From assembly GCA_030631915.1 (NCBI GenBank), contig DAOVKF010000001.1, positions 1 to 39,878 of the forward strand: a DNA stretch of 39,878 nucleotides. Reading direction: 5' to 3'. The position numbers and the translations under genes are program-made. Each line of letters starts with the position of its first letter. Within the stretch, counting starts at the first letter, position 1. This DNA is from Candidatus Omnitrophota bacterium (GTDB lineage: Bacteria; Omnitrophota; Gorgyraeia; Tantalellales; Tantalellaceae). Of this stretch, positions 15,613-23,337 are shown piece after piece. The notes under the pieces were generated by a model. The model worked only from the letters and a program-made list of their open reading frames with translations. It was not told the DNA's origin and ran no database searches.

Positions 15613-17195
15613 ATTTGCAGCAGCCGAATGCTAACGACGTAACACAGACAGCGAACAGGTCCCGGAGCGTTGTTCCCGGGTCGGGATTATGCACGCGGTG
15701 TATTGACGGGTGCCGCGGGAATTGCGAAGTGTTTAAAGCGACCTTCAGGGGCCGCGAAGTGATCTATCCCGGCCCGTTCGGCGAGATCTCGGCCGGCGGA
15801 GACAAAGAATACCCGGTGGATTATTCACATCTTAACATACAGGGATACGCCATGGGCGCCAAAGGGCTTCCCGAAGGCGTGGAGGCCGGCCCGGACACCG
15901 CAACCTTTCCCGCTGTGAACACCGAAACCGGATACGGATGGGATAAAAAGGTAAAGATGAGGGTCCCGGCTTTTACAGGGGCGCTCGGCTCCACGGAAAT
16001 AGCCAGAAAGAACTGGGAGCATTTCGCGATCGGAGCGGCTATTTCCGGCGTTACTCTGGTCTGCGGAGAGAATGTTTGCGGCATTGACCCGGAATTGGAA
16101 CTGGACCCAAAGGGAAAGATCAAAAAAGCCCCTGACATGGACAGAAGGATAGAAACCTATAAGAAATTTCATGAGGGCTACGGAGAGATACTGGTCCAGA
16201 TGAACGTCGAAGACACCCGTTTGGGCGTCGCGGAATATGTAAGAAAGAAACACGACCTGGAGACCATTGAGCTTAAATGGGGACAGGGGGCCAAGTGTAT
16301 CGGAGGAGAGATCAAGGTCAAGAGCCTGGAAAGGGCGCTGGAACTTAAAAAAAGGGGATATATCGTTACTCCTGATCCGACGCTCAAGGCGGTCCAGAAC
16401 GCCTATAAAGCCGGAGCTATCAGGGAATTTGAACGCCATTCCCGCCTTGGATTCGTGACGGAAGAGGCTTTCTTCCAGGAGATCAAGCGTCTCAGGGATC
16501 TGGGGTTTAAGAGGATAACCCTGAAGACCGGCGCGTATCCGATGAGGGAACTTGCCATGGCCGTTAAATATTCGTCAATGGCCGGGATAGATCTTCTCAC
16601 GATAGACGGGGCTCCGGGCGGAACCGGGATGAGTCCGTGGAGGATGATGGAAGAGTGGGGGGTCCCGACGTTCTATCTCCAGTCCATGACTTATGAGATA
16701 TGTGAAAAACTAACGAAGAAAGGGATGCGGGTCCCGGACATCGCGATCGCGGGAGGGTTCTCCACCGAAGACCACATCTTCAAGGTGCTGGCCATGGGAG
16801 CGCCTTACGTGAAGGCGGTCTGCATGGGAAGGGCATATATGATCCCGGGCATGGTCGGCAAGAATATCGGATACTGGATCGATGGCAAGGACCTGCCTTC
16901 AACGGTTTCCCGATACGGCAAGACCCCGGAAGAGATATTTGTATGCTATGACGAGCTTGTCGAGAAATACGGAAACAGGATGAAAGAGATCCCCCTCGGC
17001 GCGATAGGGATCTACAGCTTTGCGCAGAAACTGAAAGTCGGGCTTCAGCAGCTCATGGCCGGGAGCAGGAATTTCAGGCTGGATACCATATCAAGGAAAG
17101 ACCTCATGTCCTTAACGGAAGAAGCCGCGAAAGTATCAGGCATTCCTTACGTGATGGACGCTTACAGGGAAGAGGCGGAAGCGGTACTTGGATAA
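15609..17195 (+). CDS. stand-alone glutamate synthase FMN-domain (GltS synthase-domain) protein with N-terminal Cys cluster
   Basis: ATGA overlap with the ferredoxin gene. CTRCIDGCRGNCEVF cluster. LTIDGAPGGTGMSP parallels ISGGDGGTGASP of gltB in this window. No Ntn glutaminase domain and no GXGXG domain. Confidence 0.85.
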   Translation: MNLQQPNANDVTQTANRSRSVVPGSGLCTRCIDGCRGNCEVFKATFRGREVIYPGPFGEISAGGDKEYPVDYSHLNIQGYAMGAKGLPEGVEAGPDTATFPAVNTETGYGWDKKVKMRVPAFTGALGSTEIARKNWEHFAIGAAISGVTLVCGENVCGIDPELELDPKGKIKKAPDMDRRIETYKKFHEGYGEILVQMNVEDTRLGVAEYVRKKHDLETIELKWGQGAKCIGGEIKVKSLERALELKKRGYIVTPDPTLKAVQNAYKAGAIREFERHSRLGFVTEEAFFQEIKRLRDLGFKRITLKTGAYPMRELAMAVKYSSMAGIDLLTIDGAPGGTGMSPWRMMEEWGVPTFYLQSMTYEICEKLTKKGMRVPDIAIAGGFSTEDHIFKVLAMGAPYVKAVCMGRAYMIPGMVGKNIGYWIDGKDLPSTVSRYGKTPEEIFVCYDELVEKYGNRMKEIPLGAIGIYSFAQKLKVGLQQLMAGSRNFRLDTISRKDLMSLTEEAAKVSGIPYVMDAYREEAEAVLG

Positions 17196-17216
17196 ACAGG
17201 GGAACACCCTGTTTTT
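17196..17216 (+). terminator. intrinsic terminator after the GltS-FMN gene
   Basis: ACAGGG-gaaca-CCCTGT followed by T5, directly after the TAA stop at 17193-17195. Confidence 0.6.
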
Positions 17217-17230
17217 AAGGGCATTGGCCC

Positions 17231-17269
17231 GTCCAGCAGTAGCGGCATGTCTTTTCTTCAGGCAGGCCG
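17231..17269. repeat. left copy of the 39-bp direct repeat (duplicate of the purF' 3' end)
   Basis: GTCCAGCAGTAGCGGCATGTCTTTTCTTCaGGCAGGCCG matches 18664-18702 at 38/39. On the minus strand it reads GLPEEKTCRYCWTG, then QCP-stop. Confidence 0.85.
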
Positions 17270-17337
17270 GTTCGTGAAGGCTTCGCGTGAACCTTACCTT
17301 ACAATGTAAATAGAGTCCCGCGGAGTCTGAGCACAAT

Positions 17338-17393
17338 AATTACAACATATAAGTTGTAATTTATTTGACAATACGACATATATGTTGTATAAT
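17338..17393 (+). promoter_or_regulatory. cassette promoter with two operator-like palindromes
   Basis: TTGACA (17365-17370), 17-nt spacer, TATAAT (17388-17393). Inverted repeat AATTACAAC-N6-GTTGTAATT at 17338-17361 and ATACGACAT-AT-ATGTTGTAT at 17371-17390. Confidence 0.6.
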
Positions 17394-17402
17394 TGTTCTA
17401 CA

Positions 17403-18122
17403 ATGAAAAAAGAGAAAATTTCAAGGTATCAGGACACGGTGCTCAGGGTTTTGGCGAACAAGATAGATGACTTCTATCTTGCCGGCGGCACCGCACTCTC
17501 TTTGTTTTATTTTCAACACAGATTATCTGTCGATCTGGATTTTTTTACTCCACATTTCTCATATAAGAGAATAGAAGAGATCGTTAGATATCTGGAAGGC
17601 GCTTTAGTGAAAGAAATTAAACTTATTGGACAAACGCTGGAAAAGGATAAGGCGAGGGTGCGGATCTATAATATATATTTCACGAAAAGAGATACCCTGA
17701 AAGTCGATTTTATCGAGGATCTTTTCAAACTCATTAAGCGGCCGAAAATAGTAGATGGCGTAAAAATATTATCTTTAGAGGATATATATCTGAGAAAACT
17801 GTATGCTATCGCCGGCATGATCCCTTTTCAGGACATAACAGGGAAAGAACGGTTTTTAGGCGGCAGGATAGAAGCAAAAGATTTTTATGATGTTTATTTC
17901 CTTTCGAGCACATTTATGTCTCTTTCGAGATTCGCGGAAAAATATACCGATAATACCGTAAAAGAAGGATTGATCAATTGGTTCCGCACTTATGACAGGA
18001 TGACCATGATGGACGATCTTTTAAGCTTGAATATAACTGAAAAAATAGACTATAAAAGCATGGATAAACATTTTAATGAAGAAATAGACAAGATCATCCA
18101 AAGGTATATAGAAAGAATATGA
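17403..18122 (+). CDS. nucleotidyltransferase, AbiEii/AbiGii (DUF1814)-type toxin family
   Basis: GGTALSLFYFQHRLSVDLDFF motif. The ATG at 17403 is about 10 nt after the -10 box, so the mRNA is probably leaderless. The ORF-track start at 17382 lies inside the promoter. Confidence 0.8.
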   Translation: MKKEKISRYQDTVLRVLANKIDDFYLAGGTALSLFYFQHRLSVDLDFFTPHFSYKRIEEIVRYLEGALVKEIKLIGQTLEKDKARVRIYNIYFTKRDTLKVDFIEDLFKLIKRPKIVDGVKILSLEDIYLRKLYAIAGMIPFQDITGKERFLGGRIEAKDFYDVYFLSSTFMSLSRFAEKYTDNTVKEGLINWFRTYDRMTMMDDLLSLNITEKIDYKSMDKHFNEEIDKIIQRYIERI

Positions 18123-18637
18123 AAAAAGACTGGTTATGGGACAGAAAAATAAGTCTTAGCGGGGCAAAAAAGATCCTCAGGGACTTTCAGGATAAAAAGT
18201 TCATTTTACTTGCCTCATTACTTTTGACACGAAAAAATGACCCCGAAGAGGTTTTCAGGGAATATATTGATCCGATCATGTTCTGCAAGAGCTGGCCTAA
18301 AATTAAGAAGAACATGCGTAAAAACAAATGGAGCGATAAACGGATCATTTTCTGGCAGGCCGTGTATGAGAAGCTCATGGAAAAATACCGCGGGGAAGGG
18401 ATCAGATTTAGGGAGAAGAAAGAGATAGCAATAGAGGAGATAAGCAGAAAGACAGGTGATCAAATACGAAGGATCAGAAGAGAGCAGGGGTTGTCCCAGA
18501 AGGAATTAGCGAAAAAAATGGGGGTTTCTCAACAGCAGATTTCCCGCATTGAAAAAGGCAAAGAGAATGTATCCCTGACAACGCTCACCGGTATTATGAA
18601 AGCCTTGAATAAAACAGTGAATATTACTTTTGGGTAG
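18119..18637 (+). CDS. XRE-family HTH protein (putative cognate antitoxin/regulator) with uncharacterised N-terminal domain
   Basis: ATGA overlap with the NTase gene. C-terminal HTH: IRRIRREQGLSQKELAKKMGVSQQQISRIEKGKENVSLTTL. Confidence 0.8.
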   Translation: MKKDWLWDRKISLSGAKKILRDFQDKKFILLASLLLTRKNDPEEVFREYIDPIMFCKSWPKIKKNMRKNKWSDKRIIFWQAVYEKLMEKYRGEGIRFREKKEIAIEEISRKTGDQIRRIRREQGLSQKELAKKMGVSQQQISRIEKGKENVSLTTLTGIMKALNKTVNITFG

Positions 18638-18647
18638 AAGCCGGGCA

Positions 18648-20045
18648 CTACGGGCTTTTGCCTGTCCAGCAGTAGCGGCATGTCTTTTCTTCGGGCAGGC
18701 CGATGGCTTCGACCATATCGTCAATGGTCTGATACCGCAAGGTGGTTACGTCAAGGTCCCGGGCGATCCATTCCACCATTTTACGGTATTTGCCGGAATC
18801 ATGGTCACAGTATTCCGACACGTCCTCTATGTCGTGCCCTTCCAGGCTTCGGATGGCTTTCCGGGCGGCCAGTTCATGGATGCTCCGCGTGGACAGACAG
18901 AATTTGCAGGGGAACATGAGCGGCGGGCACGCGGGCCTGACGTGAACCTCTTTGGCCCCGCATTCCCACAGTTTGGTCACCGTGAAATTCTTTAACTGCG
19001 TCCCTCTTACTATGGAATCCTCGCATACGACGATCCTGTTGCCCTCAATTATGTCCTTTATGGGGATGAGTTTCATGGTCGCGATCAGGTCGCGCGTTCC
19101 CTGCGACGGCGGCGTATAGCTCCGGCCGTATCCGGGCGTGTATTTTACCAGCGGCCTCCTCAAGGGTTTTCCGGACTCCATGGCATATCCCAGCGCGTGC
19201 GCGACCCCGGAATCGGGTATCCCGGCAACCAGGTCCACCTCGATGTCTTTATCTTTCCGCGCCAGGGACCTGCCGCATTTCTCGCGCACGGTCTCCACGT
19301 TGATGCCTTCATAACTCGAGGCGGGGAACCCGGTATATATCCAGAGAAAAGCGCAGATCTGGTTGTTTTTACCTCCCGGTCTTTTCTGCGCCATGCCCCG
19401 CTCGTTGAGCATGACTATTTCTCCGGGTTCCAGGTACTTTACCGTCTCGAACCCGTTATTCGGAAAAGCGCTGGTCTCGGAAGTGACTGCCCAGGCGTCT
19501 TCCCGTTTGCCTACGATAAGAGGCGTATATCCCAGGCGGTCCCTGGCGGCGTACACCCCGTCTTTATTCAGCAGCAGAAGGGAGCAGGAACCGTCGATCG
19601 CCTGGAACATTTTTTCTATGCCGTCTATGAGGCTGGTCCCCTGATTGATAAGTTTTGCCATCAGTTCCGTCACATTGACCGTCGCTGCGCTCATCTCGCT
19701 GAAAGAGATCCCCTTATCAAGAAGCGCTTCAGCCAGTTTTTCGGAGTTTTCTATGAGCCCGCTGGTGACGATACAGAACGGGCCGAACCTTGAATTAAGG
19801 AAGATCGGCTGTTCGTTACTGTCGCTGATAACCCCGATACCCTTGTTACCCGTCATCCGTCTGCAATCTTCATGGAATTTGGACTTGAACTGACTCTGGC
19901 TGATCTCATGGATCTGGCGCTGAAACACCTCTCCAAGGACCGCTATGCCCCCGTATTCCGTCCCCAGATGGGAGTGGTAATCCGTGCCGTATAACAGAAT
20001 GTCCGTACAATTTTCCCTGGAAACCACACCAAATATCCCGCTCAT
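18648..20045 (-). CDS. amidophosphoribosyltransferase (PurF) paralog with degenerate glutaminase site (Ser replaces the N-terminal Cys)
   Basis: RBS AAGAGGAGA, then a 6-nt spacer, then ATG AGC GGG (MSGIFG). The PRTase motifs are retained ([27 protein letters not shown]), as are the Fe-S Cys positions. The glutaminase motifs are lost. Confidence 0.85.
   Translation of the reverse strand: MSGIFGVVSRENCTDILLYGTDYHSHLGTEYGGIAVLGEVFQRQIHEISQSQFKSKFHEDCRRMTGNKGIGVISDSNEQPIFLNSRFGPFCIVTSGLIENSEKLAEALLDKGISFSEMSAATVNVTELMAKLINQGTSLIDGIEKMFQAIDGSCSLLLLNKDGVYAARDRLGYTPLIVGKREDAWAVTSETSAFPNNGFETVKYLEPGEIVMLNERGMAQKRPGGKNNQICAFLWIYTGFPASSYEGINVETVREKCGRSLARKDKDIEVDLVAGIPDSGVAHALGYAMESGKPLRRPLVKYTPGYGRSYTPPSQGTRDLIATMKLIPIKDIIEGNRIVVCEDSIVRGTQLKNFTVTKLWECGAKEVHVRPACPPLMFPCKFCLSTRSIHELAARKAIRSLEGHDIEDVSEYCDHDSGKYRKMVEWIARDLDVTTLRYQTIDDMVEAIGLPEEKTCRYCWTGKSP
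18664..18702. repeat. right copy of the 39-bp direct repeat (inside the purF' 3' end)
   Basis: 38/39 identical to 17231-17269. Encodes GLPEEKTCRYCWTG of the intact gene. Confidence 0.85.
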
Positions 20046-20057
20046 CTTTCATCTCCT

Positions 20058-20104
20058 CTTGAGTGTCATCCCTGCTTGAGAGTCATCCCCGCGAAAGCGG
20101 GGAT
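20058..20104 (-). repeat. tandem 17-nt repeat plus GAAA-loop hairpin spanning the carB1 stop and the carB1-purF' spacer
   Basis: CTTGAGTGTCATCCCTG (20058-20074) and CTTGAGAGTCATCCCCG (20075-20091). Hairpin ATCCCCGC-GAAA-GCGGGGAT at 20085-20104. Confidence 0.6.
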
Positions 20105-23100
20105 CTATCCGACTGATGATATTCCTGAAGCGCCTTTGGCAGTAATTTACGTGTTTTGACGGCTTCAATGCCCGTAATACTCGCTTCAGCGGCTGCGATC
20201 GACGTGACATACGGGGTTTTTCGCTGTATCGCCATCATGCGGATATAACTGTCGTCGTATTTGCTGTCACGCCCTATAGGTGTATTGATAATGAGCTGCA
20301 GGCCGTCATTTTTGATCGCGTCAGAGATATTGGGCCTTCCTTCATGCAGCTTGTTGATCCGGACGTTATTTATTTTGTTCTTGTTCAAGAACTCACTTGT
20401 CCCTTTTGTGGCGTAGATAGTGAACCCGAGCGCCACGATCTTTTGCGCGATGGGTAGCAGCGCCGGTTTGTCCTTATCGGTGACCGTCAGCAGCACATTC
20501 CCTTCGACCGGGAGTTTTGATCCAGCCGCTTCCTGGGCCTTGTAAAAAGCGAGCTCGAACGAATCCGCGATACCCATCACTTCACCGGTGGCTTTCATTT
20601 CCGGGCCGAGGAGCGGGTCGACCTCCGGGAACATATTGAACGGAAAAACGGCTTCTTTCACCCCTACGTAGGGCAAATGACGGGTCTTTAATTCAGGAAA
20701 ATCGCTTAACTTTTTTCCCAGCATGACCTGTGTCGCGACCCTGGCTATGGGCATGCCTGTCATTTTAGACACAACAGGGACGGTGCGGGACGCGCGCGGG
20801 TTCGCTTCAAGGATATAAACCATATCGTCACAGATAGCGTACTGTATATTCATGAGCCCGACGACTTTGAGTTCCTTCGCGATGATCGCGGTATATTTTT
20901 CAATTTGCTCAAGATGTTCTTTCTTTATGGTCCGGGTCGGGATGGAGCACGCGGAGTCGCCCGAATGAACTCCTGCCAGCTCGATATGTTCCATGACAGA
21001 AGCGATAAACGTTGCTTCGCCGTCGGATAACGCGTCAACCTCCGCTTCAACCGCTTTTTCAAGGAACCTGTCGATGAGCATGGGGTGTTCAGGGCTGACC
21101 CGGATAGCCTCGACCGCGTATTTTCTGAGCGATCCTTCGTCGTAAATGATCTGCATGCCCCGGCCGCCAAGAACGTAGGAGGGCCGCACCATGAGCGGGT
21201 AGCCGATCTTTTCCGCGATACTCAGGGCTTCCTCAAGTGACCGCGCTGTATCGCTCTCCGGCTGCGGGATCCCGAGCGCGATCATTTTCTCGCGGAACCG
21301 CTCTCGGTCCTCGGCGAAATGGATGCTTTCCGGCGATGTCCCCAGGATCCTGACACCGTTATCTTTCAGCTCCCGGGCTATGTTAAGGGGCGTCTGGCCC
21401 CCGAACTGGACTATAACACCTTCGGGTTTTTCTTTTTCATAAATGGACAGGACGTCCTCAACGGTCAACGGTTCAAAATAGAGTTTATCGGATGTGTCAT
21501 AATCGGTCGATACTGTTTCAGGGTTGCAGTTGACCATGATCGATCCATACCCTTCGTCGCGCAGGGCGAACGCGGCGTGAACGCAGGCATAGTCGAACTC
21601 TATCCCCTGCCCGATCCTGTTCGGCCCGCCGCCGAGGATCATGACTTTTCTGCTTGCGGAAACCGGGCTCTTGTCTTCAATGCTTTTATACGTTGAATAA
21701 TAATACGCGGCATTCTCCACACCGCTTACAGGAACAGCCTCGTAACGGGCCGTTTTCCCGATGGAGATCCTTTTATCCCGCACTTCTTTTTCGGCGACAT
21801 TAAAGAGCCCTGAGAGATATCTGTCGGAAAATCCCCACTCCTTCGCTTTCGCGAGTTCGGCATGGGGAAGGTCCTTCCACGCGCGGGAGAGCAGTTCTTC
21901 CTCAAGATCAACGAGCTCTTTTATCTCATTGATGAACCAGCGTCCGATATAGGTCAGGCTGTGAAGTTCGTCCACGCCCATGCCTTTACGCAACGCTTCA
22001 TACATCAGAAAGACGCGTTCACTCGAGGGAAAAGCAAGTTTTTGTTTCAGTTCGTTCAGTGAAAGTTCCTTGAAGTTCTTAGCGCCGCCCAGGCCGTAAC
22101 GGTTGATCTCCAGGGAGCGGATGGACTTCTGGAAAGACTCCTTGAAGGTTTTTCCGATACTCATGACTTCGCCGACGGCTTTCATTTGCGTGCCCAGGAT
22201 ATCAGTGGATTGGGAGAATTTTTCAAACGCCCATCGCGCGAATTTAACGACGACATAGTCACCGCACGGCGAGTATTTTTCAAGTGTCCCGTCCCTCCAG
22301 TAGGGGATCTCGTCCATGGTTAACCCGGCCGCGAGTTTTGTCGAGATGCGCGCGATAGGAAAACCGGTCGCCTTTGAAGCAAGCGCGGAAGAACGGGAAG
22401 TTCTCGGATTGATCTCAATGACCACCACTCTGCCGTCTTCCGGATTATGGGCGAATTGGATATTGGTCCCGCCGACGACCCCGATCGCGTCAACGATCTT
22501 ATAAGAGATATCCTGCAGCCGTTCCTGCAGCTCCGGAGGGACGGTCAGCATAGGGGCGGTGCAGAAACTGTCTCCGGTATGCACGCCCATGGCGTCGACA
22601 TTTTCAATAAAGCACACCGTGATCTTCTGGTTTTTCTCGTCTCTTACGACTTCAAGTTCCAGTTCTTCCCATCCCAGGACAGACTCTTCGACCAGGACCT
22701 GATGGACAAGGCTTGCGGCCAGGCCCCGGGTGACGATCGTTCTCAGCTCTTCCACATTGTAAGCCATGCCGCTGCCGGTCCCGCCCATAGTGTACGCGGG
22801 CCTGAGCACAACGGGATAACCGAGCTTTTCGGCTATTTTTTCAGCTTCCTCGACAGAATGACAGGGTTCGGATGCGGGAAGACCGAGGCCCAGGCCTATC
22901 ATGGTCTTTTTGAATTCGGTCCGGTCTTCGCCCCGCTCAATGGCTTCCGGCTTGACGCCGATCATCTCTACCCCGTATTTTTTTAAAAACCCGGACTTAT
23001 AAAGGCTGGAGGAAAGGTTAAGCCCTGTCTGTCCCCCTAAATTAGGGAGCAGTCCGTCAGGCCGTTCTTTTTCAATGATCGCCTCAAGGCTCTTGACAGT

Positions 23101-23307
23101 AAGCGGTTCTATGTAAGTTTTATCAGCCATGCCGGGATCCGTCATTATCGTGGCCGGGTTTGAGTTGACCAGCACAACTTCATAACCTTCTTCTTTTAAC
23201 GCCTTGCACGCCTGGGTGCCGGAATAGTCGAATTCACAGGCCTGTCCGATAATAATGGGGCCGGAACCGATTATAAGAATTTTGCTCAAGTCGCTGCGTT
23301 TTGGCAT
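20083..23307 (-). CDS. carB: carbamoyl-phosphate synthase large subunit, paralog 1 (no adjacent small subunit on its strand)
   Basis: 1074 aa, full two-ATP-grasp architecture. [42 protein letters not shown]. Confidence 0.95.
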   Translation of the reverse strand: MPKRSDLSKILIIGSGPIIIGQACEFDYSGTQACKALKEEGYEVVLVNSNPATIMTDPGMADKTYIEPLTVKSLEAIIEKERPDGLLPNLGGQTGLNLSSSLYKSGFLKKYGVEMIGVKPEAIERGEDRTEFKKTMIGLGLGLPASEPCHSVEEAEKIAEKLGYPVVLRPAYTMGGTGSGMAYNVEELRTIVTRGLAASLVHQVLVEESVLGWEELELEVVRDEKNQKITVCFIENVDAMGVHTGDSFCTAPMLTVPPELQERLQDISYKIVDAIGVVGGTNIQFAHNPEDGRVVVIEINPRTSRSSALASKATGFPIARISTKLAAGLTMDEIPYWRDGTLEKYSPCGDYVVVKFARWAFEKFSQSTDILGTQMKAVGEVMSIGKTFKESFQKSIRSLEINRYGLGGAKNFKELSLNELKQKLAFPSSERVFLMYEALRKGMGVDELHSLTYIGRWFINEIKELVDLEEELLSRAWKDLPHAELAKAKEWGFSDRYLSGLFNVAEKEVRDKRISIGKTARYEAVPVSGVENAAYYYSTYKSIEDKSPVSASRKVMILGGGPNRIGQGIEFDYACVHAAFALRDEGYGSIMVNCNPETVSTDYDTSDKLYFEPLTVEDVLSIYEKEKPEGVIVQFGGQTPLNIARELKDNGVRILGTSPESIHFAEDRERFREKMIALGIPQPESDTARSLEEALSIAEKIGYPLMVRPSYVLGGRGMQIIYDEGSLRKYAVEAIRVSPEHPMLIDRFLEKAVEAEVDALSDGEATFIASVMEHIELAGVHSGDSACSIPTRTIKKEHLEQIEKYTAIIAKELKVVGLMNIQYAICDDMVYILEANPRASRTVPVVSKMTGMPIARVATQVMLGKKLSDFPELKTRHLPYVGVKEAVFPFNMFPEVDPLLGPEMKATGEVMGIADSFELAFYKAQEAAGSKLPVEGNVLLTVTDKDKPALLPIAQKIVALGFTIYATKGTSEFLNKNKINNVRINKLHEGRPNISDAIKNDGLQLIINTPIGRDSKYDDSYIRMMAIQRKTPYVTSIAAAEASITGIEAVKTRKLLPKALQEYHQSDRSPLSRG

Positions 23308-23337
23308 CTCCTCTCCTCTTCGTTCCTTTCAGCGCGA

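Larger units (their letters stand above)
17270..18663 (+). mobile_element. inserted two-gene toxin-antitoxin/abortive-infection-like cassette bounded by the 39-bp repeats
   Basis: AT-rich relative to its neighbours, carries its own promoter, is flanked by direct repeats, and interrupts an otherwise convergent gltS-FMN / purF' junction. No recombinase gene is present. Confidence 0.5.

Noticed and set aside
17136-17336. 66-aa and 72-aa minus-strand ORFs (17136-17336 and 18506-18724) sharing the peptide KKRHAATAG
   Set aside because: The shared peptide is simply the 39-bp direct repeat read in a non-coding frame. Neither ORF has other support.
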